The notes under the pieces: model-generated
Database searches by the model: none
Told to the model about the DNA's origin: nothing
The model's input: only the letters and a program-made list of their open reading frames with translations
Translations under genes and position numbers: made by a program
In this document: piece after piece, positions 1 to 7,688 of the stretch
Position numbering within the stretch: position 1 is the first letter of the stretch
Layout of the letters: every line of letters starts with the position of its first letter
Assembly: GCA_035489815.1 (NCBI GenBank)
Contig: DATHJH010000012.1
Span: 1,359-65,358, forward strand
Direction: 5' to 3'
DNA length: 64,000 nucleotides
From: Candidatus Limnocylindria bacterium
GTDB lineage: Bacteria; Patescibacteriota; Saccharimonadia; Saccharimonadales; JAGQNK01

Positions 1-479
1 ATACAAATCGGGCTCCGGCTATCTTGGTGGCCCTTTCTTTGTCCAGCCACCCTTTGGCCTCGGCGATTTCAGCGTGATTTTTGGGCTCAAAGTCAAAGTG
101 CGGTTTGTCGCCGACAGTTTTGACAATGACGTTTTCTTCCTCTGTTACACCAACTGGTACGCCTTCCAGCGGCATGTTGGGCACTGTCTTGAGAAGCGCC
201 CAGAATTCCTGGTCGATTGAGCTCAGCTGATGCTCCAGGTCAGTCAGCTTTTCTTTGACTTCGCGGCCCTTAGCGACCTGTTCTTCGGGCGGCTTGCCGC
301 CCTTCATACTATCTGCGATCTCGTTGCGCTGGTGGCGCAGGTCCCCGACCTGCTGCTGCAGCTCCCGGCGTTTACCGTCAAACCCCAGCAACTGCTGGAT
401 GTCGACGTTATAGCCCTTTTGTTTGGATTTCTCTGCGACAAGCCCGGCATTGTCCCGGATGAACTGAATATCTAGCATG
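1..479 (-). CDS. serS: seryl-tRNA synthetase, N-terminal part (gene continues beyond window start)
   Basis: Manual minus-strand translation from the ATG at 479-477 gives MLDIQFIRDNAGLVAEKSKQKGYNVDIQQLL...HAEIAEAKGWLDKERATKIAGARF, the canonical SerS N-terminal coiled-coil tRNA-binding arm. It is absent from the ORF track because the frame is open at the window edge. Confidence 0.85.
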
Positions 480-615
480 GCCACATTATAACAGGGCGGA
501 TCGTCTAGTTTCTGAAGTTGAGCCAAAAACTGAAGTCGACTCTACTAGACCTGACCCAACCCCCCCCCTTTTTTTTGTCATGCCCCGATAAGCCCAAGAG
601 CCTGCCCCCCCCAGT

Positions 616-661
616 TGTAAAAAACAAAAAGATACTGGATTGTCTGGTCAGGCCAGACAAT
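616..661 (-). terminator. candidate intrinsic terminator downstream of the nuclease gene
   Basis: Perfect 9-bp hairpin ATTGTCTGG/CCAGACAAT (639-661, 5-nt loop). On the minus strand a TTTTTGTTTTTT run follows after an 8-nt spacer, so the U-tract is not immediately adjacent. Confidence 0.4.
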
Positions 662-673
662 GACGGGCCCGGA

Positions 674-1465
674 TTACTGGATTTTCTTTTTATGCTGAGA
701 ACGAAGGGCCTTTACGGTCAATTCTGTCCTGCTCCTGGCATACGCGCAATAGTCGCACTCGCCGCCCATGGCCGCCGTGCCCACCGCCGGCATGTCGCCT
801 TCCATGCACTTTTTCATATCGTGCAGAGTTGGCTCTACCCAGTCGGCATTACCAGTGTAAGGAATAACCTTCGTCTTGAACTCTACTTTGTCATAAAACC
901 CATCCAGATCAAGCCGGCCGTTGGTATACACAAAGTACCCTGTGTCCCGCACTTCAAAGCCGTTCTGGCGCAGCAACCACTGATACACCTCCATCTGACG
1001 CTTGTAGCTGATCTGCCAGTCAGAGTCTATGCCCACTTCTCTGTCCTTGGCCGTGGCCTTGTAGTCCACCACTATCAACTGCCCGGCTTCATCCACCCAC
1101 ACATCGTCAATGGCACCAAAAACGTGCAGGTTGGTCGGTTCATGGACAGAGACCACCCCTACAAAATTTTCACGCCACTGGTCCAGGCTGTCGTGCGTAA
1201 ACGGTACGGCCTTCAGGCCAAACTCTACCATCATGGGGTGGGGTTCGCCTTTTTGGCGGTAGCCGTCAAATTCTTTTTTAAGCAATCCGTCTATTGCTTT
1301 GTTTATGTTGAAAGGCGGGCCGTTTGGGCGCCTTATCTTAAGCCGCACATCCAGCCAAAAACACCGTGGGCACTGCATATACAACTCAATCTTGCTGCGG
1401 CTCACCTTAAATGGTGCCTGTTGGCCAAGTTTATATGGCTGCGACCGTTCCCTCCAATAGTTCAT
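674..1465 (-). CDS. PD-(D/E)XK nuclease, Cas4/RecB-like, with putative Cys cluster
   Basis: 263 aa. Motifs: N-terminal QCPRCFW, IDD...VVDYKAT (D...D/ExK), QMEVYQWLL (QxxxY), and C-terminal KKC...GGECDYCAY cysteines as in Cas4/AddB-type Fe-S nucleases. Confidence 0.7.
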   Translation of the reverse strand: MNYWRERSQPYKLGQQAPFKVSRSKIELYMQCPRCFWLDVRLKIRRPNGPPFNINKAIDGLLKKEFDGYRQKGEPHPMMVEFGLKAVPFTHDSLDQWRENFVGVVSVHEPTNLHVFGAIDDVWVDEAGQLIVVDYKATAKDREVGIDSDWQISYKRQMEVYQWLLRQNGFEVRDTGYFVYTNGRLDLDGFYDKVEFKTKVIPYTGNADWVEPTLHDMKKCMEGDMPAVGTAAMGGECDYCAYARSRTELTVKALRSQHKKKIQ

Positions 1466-1511
1466 AGACCTTTATTGTAGCAGTAGCGGGATGATTCCTG
1501 ATGCCCTCAAA

Positions 1512-1778
1512 CTAGCCCATGTCACATAAAACATCCACCGCTGCTTTTCCAAGGGCTCCATCCAGCACTCGAAGCCGAGGCAACTTACCGGTGCCGGCGT
1601 CAGGCTCCAGCTCTGGGGCCTTGTAGTGAGCCGCGTAGGGATTCATTTCATTGCACTTATCAAACTGACACCCGTCATTACTGCCAGCAACTTCACACAG
1701 TGCTGGGCGCAGGACATGCACAAGCTCACGGCCAACGGGATTTATTGTAGTAAAAGAAGCCGGCAGCTCATTGTTCAT
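1512..1778 (-). CDS. hypothetical 88-aa protein, possibly the displaced 3-prime part of rsmE
   Basis: ATG at 1778 lies 4 nt after the rsmE stop, preceded by AAAGG. The frame is +1 relative to rsmE. Its N-terminal FTTINPVGRELVHVLRPALCEVA loosely resembles the RsmE C-terminal LGxRILRxETA knot segment. Confidence 0.3.
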   Translation of the reverse strand: MNNELPASFTTINPVGRELVHVLRPALCEVAGSNDGCQFDKCNEMNPYAAHYKAPELEPDAGTGKLPRLRVLDGALGKAAVDVLCDMG

Positions 1779-1782
1779 GCCT

Positions 1783-2475
1783 TTAACTATATAAGTTTTT
1801 TGGGAGTAAGTCGATAATAGCCTGAGCCGTGTAAGGCCTTTTTCCCTCTTCCGGCGGTAGCCGGGATACAACCATAATGGCCACAGCTGCTGAGGTGTCA
1901 CCCCTCAGATCCCCTTCTGTAACCCCCTCCCGGTCCTGGTTGTTTGCTGCTTCTTCACTTTCCCCGCCTGCCGCAATGGTCGTAATTTGTACTTTGCGGG
2001 TAAGCTGAGCTTGTGCTGTACGGGCGTGCATCGGTTCCCGTATGGTCGGTATGTCACTGCGGCCGCTGTGCTCCGCCGCCTTAATGAGTATCTCCAGCGC
2101 GTGCTGACGATCAAATGTAGTCCGCGATTCATTGTCACGCAAAAGCGGCAAGAAGTGGCTCACGCCCAGTTCTGTACCCTTCTGCAGCACTTCCATATTC
2201 TCCTCGCCTTCCAGGAGTGACCAGAGCAAATAGACAGTACGTCCCGGAACCTTTCGTTCAAAGTCCGTAACGTGAAGCAGATGGGCCTCCTGGCGGGTAA
2301 TTTCCGCTACCTTATAGAGTCTGTCGTGCTCAACCCCATCGAACAGGACTACCTGCTGGCCTGCTGCAAGCCCAAGGTCATGCCATCGATCCAACAGGTG
2401 CTTATCATGCAACCAGAAATCGTGTCCTAACTTGAGGCCGGTAACAAAGAATCGTTGGACCTCCATCGAACTCAT
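1783..2475 (-). CDS. rsmE: 16S rRNA (uracil1498-N3)-methyltransferase RsmE-like (C-terminus atypical or truncated)
   Basis: 230 aa. N-terminal RFF...PUA-like region, LLWSLLEGEENMEVLQKGTELGV and IKAAEHSGRSDIPTI match the RsmE SPOUT pattern. The GPEGG motif is degenerate (LPPEEG) and the terminal LGxRILRxETA is missing. Confidence 0.6.
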   Translation of the reverse strand: MSSMEVQRFFVTGLKLGHDFWLHDKHLLDRWHDLGLAAGQQVVLFDGVEHDRLYKVAEITRQEAHLLHVTDFERKVPGRTVYLLWSLLEGEENMEVLQKGTELGVSHFLPLLRDNESRTTFDRQHALEILIKAAEHSGRSDIPTIREPMHARTAQAQLTRKVQITTIAAGGESEEAANNQDREGVTEGDLRGDTSAAVAIMVVSRLPPEEGKRPYTAQAIIDLLPKNLYS

Positions 2476-3114
2476 CTAATCCTCTCTGAATATCTGCTGT
2501 AGTTCTGCCGGCGAGTAAACCAGGTAATCGGGTTGATGTGCTTTCAGAATCTCATCACCGTTGAATCCCCAGGTAACGGCTATGGACTTCAGGCCTGCTT
2601 TTTTGGCTGCCTCTACATCCCGGATTTCATCGCCGACGTAGTAGGTGGTAGCTTTGTCCAGGCTGTGCTCTTTTGCTATCTGGCGCAGCACTTTTGCCTT
2701 TCCAAAGATGCCCACACCGCCGTAGACTGCCTTGAATGGTTCCCTCATGGCATGCAATTCCAGAAACTTTTCAACATTTGCCAGGCTGTTGGAGCTCATC
2801 ACAAACAACTGATGATCCTTGGACAGTTGTCGCACAACCTTGTCCATTCCGGCGAAAAACGGTACTTCATTAATACGCTGCGTCAGCGCCGCACGACCCT
2901 TAATCAACAACCCGGGCGCCCGCCAAAACGGGATGCCCAGCTCTTTCAGGATAGCCTGGATAGACAGGTTCTTAGCACGGTCGTAATCATCACGTGTCAG
3001 CGGCCTGTCTACAATCTTCAGTTCGTTCACCAGTTCCAGGAGAACGGGTATGCTGTCGGCCAACGTACCGTCCAGGTCAAAGATTATGTTGCTTGCTCTG
3101 TCTGGCCGGCCCAT
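2476..3114 (-). CDS. HAD-IA family hydrolase (phosphoglycolate phosphatase-like)
   Basis: 212 aa. HAD motif I IIFDLDGTLADS, motif II VMSSNS, motif IV YVGDEIRDVEAAKKAGL. Confidence 0.85.
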   Translation of the reverse strand: MGRPDRASNIIFDLDGTLADSIPVLLELVNELKIVDRPLTRDDYDRAKNLSIQAILKELGIPFWRAPGLLIKGRAALTQRINEVPFFAGMDKVVRQLSKDHQLFVMSSNSLANVEKFLELHAMREPFKAVYGGVGIFGKAKVLRQIAKEHSLDKATTYYVGDEIRDVEAAKKAGLKSIAVTWGFNGDEILKAHQPDYLVYSPAELQQIFRED

Positions 3115-3140
3115 ACAAGAATCCCTCCCGCGCGCGAAGG

Positions 3141-4088
3141 CTAGCGCGCCAAGCCGATAACAAGAATACCCGCAAAGGCAGCTTTGGTAAGCAGACTGAT
3201 AGCTATGTAGTTGCGCTCGACCACCAGAAAGTTTGCCCGACCAAACTCCATATGCTGGTTGCGGGCCTGCAGCAGGAAACCGCCAAAAACAGCCGCGTAG
3301 AGCGCGTAGACATACCAGGTCACACCGGCCGTACCATAGACAACAGTCGCTACTGCGTATGACGCGATGAGCAGCCAGGGCAATACGCCCGTAAACAGAC
3401 TTACGTAGTAGGCACTACGGACCGGCTTTGCAGCGGCATTGTTTTGTCTTTCGGCAATCAGTCCCAATAAAGCTGTAGCCGCTACCATACCACCGATGAG
3501 CTTCAGTGTTGGGAGGTCACTCACGCCGCTTACCAGTGCCACGACTTCCGTCATCAGAGCACCGGTAATAGCCAGGTCAATCCAACGCATAGACCACATG
3601 CGTGATTGCTGCAGGTATTCGGCATATTGCTTCTGAAGCCTGGTAAGGTACAAAACCGGGAAGATCATAGAAGCCAGCATGATGCCGACAACGGCCCAAC
3701 GAAGTTCTATGTCATAGACTGCTTGTACTGCCGGGGCAAATACGGTGGTCTGAGTGCTGGCCAGCTCGTCCTTTGCCAGGTAGCCAAGCGTCAGTTGATG
3801 ACTGGCGGTATTCATGAGGGCACCGGCGGCCACTGCCAGCAATAAGAAAATCCCTATAGCTGCTACGTGCAAGCTGCGAAGTTTCTGGATAGTCATGCCG
3901 GCAACTGTTGGTCCGGGCTGTGTTTTCTTAGCGGCGGCCTTTGGTATTGTTGCGGTCGCAGATGGACGTTTAGCTGCAGTCGCCCTCGTGGTTTTGACAG
4001 CAGTTTTGGCCGAAACCTTCTTAGTTGTTTTTGTCTTTGCAGTTTTTGTCTTTGCCTTGGTAGTTGATTTCTTTGTAGTTGTTGCCAT
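3141..4088 (-). CDS. heliorhodopsin-like 7TM retinal-binding protein with Lys/Thr/Ala-rich N-terminal extension
   Basis: 315 aa. Residues 65-315 form seven hydrophobic helices. Motifs parallel heliorhodopsin 48C12 as I remember it: MRWIDLAITGALM (cf FRWVEYSLSSSVM), GVLPWLLIASYAV (cf GIVPWIGLLIYVI), ERNYIAISLLTKAAFA (cf ERAYIVLSLVAKSALA, Schiff-base Lys). An internal ATG at 3896 would give a canonical 251-aa protein. Confidence 0.65.
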   Translation of the reverse strand: MATTTKKSTTKAKTKTAKTKTTKKVSAKTAVKTTRATAAKRPSATATIPKAAAKKTQPGPTVAGMTIQKLRSLHVAAIGIFLLLAVAAGALMNTASHQLTLGYLAKDELASTQTTVFAPAVQAVYDIELRWAVVGIMLASMIFPVLYLTRLQKQYAEYLQQSRMWSMRWIDLAITGALMTEVVALVSGVSDLPTLKLIGGMVAATALLGLIAERQNNAAAKPVRSAYYVSLFTGVLPWLLIASYAVATVVYGTAGVTWYVYALYAAVFGGFLLQARNQHMEFGRANFLVVERNYIAISLLTKAAFAGILVIGLAR

Positions 4089-4116
4089 AAACAGAGTATA
4101 TCAGAGACGGGAAATG

Positions 4117-4605
4117 TCACAACTCCTTGTAGGGTACGTGGCACATACCACGGCCGGTTTTTTCTGTGTATTTCTGATGAATGTCTTCTGCCTGGTAAAA
4201 TTCGGAGGCCTCAGTCACCTCAGTTACAATCGCTTTGTCCGAGCCTTTTTGTAACTCATTGCGAACATTTTCTGCCATAACGCGCTGGCTTTCGTTTAGG
4301 TAGAAAATTGCCGAGCGATACTGCTCCCCCACATCTGGTCCTTGCTGATTCATTTGTGTTGGATCATGCATGTAGAAAAATTGTCTTACGAGCGTTTCAT
4401 AACTCACGCTTCCAGGGTCAAATTCTATGAGCGTCGCCTCTGCATGGCCGGTGTCTTTATAGCAGACATCATCGTAGGTTGGGTTTTTGGTATGCCCACC
4501 CGTATAGCCCGCTGTAGTCTTGGTGACACCTGGTACTTGGTCAAAGTAGTATTGCACACCCCAAAAGCAGCCGGCGGCAAATAAAGCTTTTTCAGTTTTC
4601 ATCAA
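4117..4605 (-). CDS. msrA: peptide-methionine (S)-S-oxide reductase
   Basis: 162 aa with the GCFWGVQ active-site motif and full-length MsrA-like sequence. Confidence 0.95.
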   Translation of the reverse strand: MMKTEKALFAAGCFWGVQYYFDQVPGVTKTTAGYTGGHTKNPTYDDVCYKDTGHAEATLIEFDPGSVSYETLVRQFFYMHDPTQMNQQGPDVGEQYRSAIFYLNESQRVMAENVRNELQKGSDKAIVTEVTEASEFYQAEDIHQKYTEKTGRGMCHVPYKEL

Positions 4606-5212
4606 ACCTCCTAATCTTGAATGGTTTGGCTACAAACTTTTCGGCATCACCTCTGGTAATCAGGCGTGAACGCGTGGCGTAGCGGATAAGTGCCAGACTG
4701 GGCTGATGCTCAAAACCTATGTGTACAATTTCCTTCTTGTAGCTTTGGGCCTTTTGCATGGCCGGAATCAAATCCGTGTCTGAGGAAACTACAAAAGCAG
4801 TATCGTACTTTTTCTCAAACGCCATAGTCACAATGTCTACTGCCAGCCGGACGTCGACTCCCTTTTCAAAAAACCGATCGTCACGTTCCAGCAGGTAACC
4901 GCGGACGACCTCCACCTTTTGTTTGCTTAGCTGAGCAAAAAGCTGTTGCTGATGACGCCGCAGGGTCTGTGCTTTTTGGTTACGCTTGTGCTTGCCATCA
5001 TCCCGCACCACCCCTATATAGTAGCCGATATAACTGATGGTTTCGTCCTGGTTTAAAAACGCCTTCATCAGGTCATGGTAGCGATAACGAATCAGGTCCA
5101 TTTTGTGCGGTACCAGCGACTTCATCTTAAAGTAAAAGTTGCTGCCGTCTATAAAGACGGCTACTTGTTTCTTCTTGCCTCTCCCGCTTGCCATGAAGGT
5201 ATTGTCCCCCAT
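4592..5212 (-). CDS. NYN-domain (LabA/DUF88-like) putative RNase
   Basis: VAVFIDGSNFYF and VVSSDTDLIPAMQKAQ motifs. The start is trimmed to the ATG at 5212 (MGDNTFMASGRGKKKQ) because the longer ORF overlaps the DUF427 gene. Confidence 0.75.
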   Translation of the reverse strand: MGDNTFMASGRGKKKQVAVFIDGSNFYFKMKSLVPHKMDLIRYRYHDLMKAFLNQDETISYIGYYIGVVRDDGKHKRNQKAQTLRRHQQQLFAQLSKQKVEVVRGYLLERDDRFFEKGVDVRLAVDIVTMAFEKKYDTAFVVSSDTDLIPAMQKAQSYKKEIVHIGFEHQPSLALIRYATRSRLITRGDAEKFVAKPFKIRRFDEN

Positions 5213-5297
5213 TTTCAGGCAATAAAAAAGCCCTGGCGAGACTACGGCTGGCCAGGGCGGTTTAGCAAATATATAGTAGCAAAATCCTCCAGGGGTG

Positions 5298-5600
5298 TCA
5301 ATCCGCAACCTGGACGTCGCGCCAAAAGGCAAGGTAGTTGGAAAAGTCTTTTTTAACCCGCTTGATGGCCGTTGGCAACGGTTTTGGGTAACTCCAGGCC
5401 ATGTCCTTGCCCCAGTCATCACCCTGCCCTACATCAAAATACTGACAAACACCCTTCCACGGGCAGGTATAAGGCGTCGGACTTTCCCGCAAAAATTCCT
5501 TTTTGACCGAACTGGGCGGAAAATACCAGTTGCCTTCAATATAAATCACGTCGTCTTTATCTGCCTCGGCTATAACCTGATCTTTCCAAACTGCTTTCAT
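5298..5600 (-). CDS. DUF427-domain protein
   Basis: 100 aa. IEGNWYFP and CPWKGVCQYFDV are typical of DUF427. AAGGAG lies upstream of the ATG. Confidence 0.75.
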   Translation of the reverse strand: MKAVWKDQVIAEADKDDVIYIEGNWYFPPSSVKKEFLRESPTPYTCPWKGVCQYFDVGQGDDWGKDMAWSYPKPLPTAIKRVKKDFSNYLAFWRDVQVAD

Positions 5601-5611
5601 GCTATCTCCTT

Positions 5612-7624
5612 TTACTTAAAGAGTTGGAAGCCCTTTGTTAGTTGATCAGCCAGCTCGTGAGCAGCCAGGAATGCGACTCCGTAGAACGTTGTATCTGACA
5701 TAGGCTTATTTTTGAGAGATTCAACAATTTCCGCATCATTGGTAGTGTCTTGCATTTCTTTGATGAAAATATGGTATGGAACATGTTTGGCCTGGATATC
5801 TTTATGCAATGTATGAAGCTGTTTTTCGCTGGCCCGCATGATGATAATCGGATACTGACTATTCCGGGGAATGGCCACGCTATCGCTGCCAACAAAGGTA
5901 TCACCGCTCGTCAACTGCTCTTTTTTAGTCTGATTGCCAATGATGGCCGTCATATGGGCCACGGCGTTAACAACGCGCCAGGTTTCCAGCTCCTTGTCTA
6001 CGACCGCTACTATCTTCTTGCTAAAATCCTGCTGGCGTACAGCGCCCTGGTTGGCGGGTTTTTTGCCTTTGGTTCCATAGACCTCCGGGTAAATGCTCTT
6101 TGTAACTTCATCTACTTCCCTGCGTAGCTGAGGAAAGACCACGCCTTCACGAGCAGTCACGCCCTCCAGTGCCCAAAAATAGCGCTCTGAGTAACTCCAG
6201 CCAGCTGCGGGCGGCATGCCGTATTCCAGCATCTCAACAAAGTCTATGTCTAACATTTGTGCTTCGGCATCACCGGCATCACGTAATGCCTGCTGGTCTA
6301 AAAAGCGACGTAGCTGATCCTGAGGATCATTCAGTTCGGAGTACCCGTTGCCCATTTCCGTCCCGCCAATCACCGGGTGAAAACGCTGGGTTACCCGCGG
6401 ATCCTCTGGATCCTGCTTAGCCAGCGGGGATATTTCTACCGGTTCGTGAATGAGCCAGAATGGCCCGGCAGAAGTCTTGCGGATAAGCTTCCAGACGCTA
6501 TCCAGTGCCCGGTTGACGTTCACCTCGCCTTCCAGGACGACGTTATTGTCCTTAAGAATTTGCTTCAACTGAGCAAAATCAGGAGCAAATACATCTACAT
6601 TGAACTTTTCCCGCATAATGTCGGCATACTTAACGACCGGCCACTTTTGGTCCAGATTGACGTCAAATTCACCAATTTTGAACTGCAATGTTCCCCAAGT
6701 GGCCTGAGCAACCTCTTTCATCATGCGCTCGTACAATTCCATAGCCTCGGCATAGTCCTGGTAGGCTGCGTAACTTTCAAAGGCGACATGTTCGGGCAAA
6801 TGTTCGTCACTGTAGTTTTCATTTCTAAAACGCGGGCCAATATCAAATACTCTTTCATACCCGCCGCCCAACAACCTTTTGAGCGGGAGTTCATGCGAGA
6901 TCCGCAGGTAAAAATCCTCGCCCAGTGCATTCATATGGGTCACAAAGGGATTTGCGTCAGCACCGCCAGTAGTATGCTCCAGCACCGGGGTATTTATCTC
7001 TACAAACCCTTCGCGGATCAGAAAATCTCTGGTCGCCTGCCAAAACCTGCTGCGACGGAGGAAGCGTTCCTGCACATCCTTGTTCACATTGGTGTCAATG
7101 TAACGCCGGCGAAGGCGCTCCTCTTTGTTAGTAAAACCGTCCTGTTCGGTCGGCATAGGACGAAGAGACTTCGTAAGGAGTCGGAGCTTATGTACTTCAA
7201 CAGAGACCTCGCCCGTCTGAGTTTTGATAACCGGACCGGTAGCCTCAATAAAATCACCGGGGTCCAACAAGTTGATATCCCCAAAGTTAAGCTCACTATT
7301 CGTTCTGTCGACATCAGGTAAAACATAGTGAACGCCCTGATCCGTTTTTTGCTTTTCTTTGCTCATTTTTTCAAGAGTCAGGAATAGTTGCACCGAACCC
7401 GACGCATCTTTCAGCACAAAAAAAGCGATCTTGCCAAACTTTCGGGTGTTAATCAGTCTGCCCGCCAAGGTAACAACCTGGCCTTCTAATTCGGCGAACT
7501 TGTCTGCAACCTCTTTGGCAGTTTGTGTGCGCGTTGTATTTGCCGGGTATGGATTCACTCCCAACTTTTTTAATTCTTCCAGTTTGCGCAGGCGCTCGCC
7601 GCGCAGCTCTTGTAGTGTTGCCAT
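5612..7624 (-). CDS. lysS: lysyl-tRNA synthetase (class II) fused to a C-terminal PTH2-fold/DUF2000-like domain
   Basis: 670 aa. Residues 1-505 are a complete class II LysRS (FRNEN, GGTEMGNGYSELNDP, MPPAAGW). Residues about 533-670 (nt 5615-6028), KIVAVVDKELETWRVVNAVAHMTAIIG...FYGVAFLAAHELADQLTKGFQLFK, follow the DUF2000 pattern. Confidence 0.95.
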   Translation of the reverse strand: MATLQELRGERLRKLEELKKLGVNPYPANTTRTQTAKEVADKFAELEGQVVTLAGRLINTRKFGKIAFFVLKDASGSVQLFLTLEKMSKEKQKTDQGVHYVLPDVDRTNSELNFGDINLLDPGDFIEATGPVIKTQTGEVSVEVHKLRLLTKSLRPMPTEQDGFTNKEERLRRRYIDTNVNKDVQERFLRRSRFWQATRDFLIREGFVEINTPVLEHTTGGADANPFVTHMNALGEDFYLRISHELPLKRLLGGGYERVFDIGPRFRNENYSDEHLPEHVAFESYAAYQDYAEAMELYERMMKEVAQATWGTLQFKIGEFDVNLDQKWPVVKYADIMREKFNVDVFAPDFAQLKQILKDNNVVLEGEVNVNRALDSVWKLIRKTSAGPFWLIHEPVEISPLAKQDPEDPRVTQRFHPVIGGTEMGNGYSELNDPQDQLRRFLDQQALRDAGDAEAQMLDIDFVEMLEYGMPPAAGWSYSERYFWALEGVTAREGVVFPQLRREVDEVTKSIYPEVYGTKGKKPANQGAVRQQDFSKKIVAVVDKELETWRVVNAVAHMTAIIGNQTKKEQLTSGDTFVGSDSVAIPRNSQYPIIIMRASEKQLHTLHKDIQAKHVPYHIFIKEMQDTTNDAEIVESLKNKPMSDTTFYGVAFLAAHELADQLTKGFQLFK

Positions 7625-7641
7625 GAAAGTTCCTTAAAACA

Positions 7642-7669
7642 AAATCTGGGGTAAGTATACCCCAGATTT
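7642..7669 (-). terminator. hairpin between greA and lysS (terminator or attenuator)
   Basis: Perfect 12-bp stem AAATCTGGGGTA/TACCCCAGATTT with a 4-nt loop, followed on the minus strand by TGTTTTAAGG and then the lysS ATG. Confidence 0.5.
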
Positions 7670-7688
7670 GTCTTTGTTTATAGGGGTA

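Noticed and set aside
518-1480. 320-aa plus-strand ORF, and similar antisense ORFs at 6377-7321 and 18034-18717
   Set aside because: They are fully antisense to the well-supported nuclease, lysS and htrA genes and contain no recognisable motifs.
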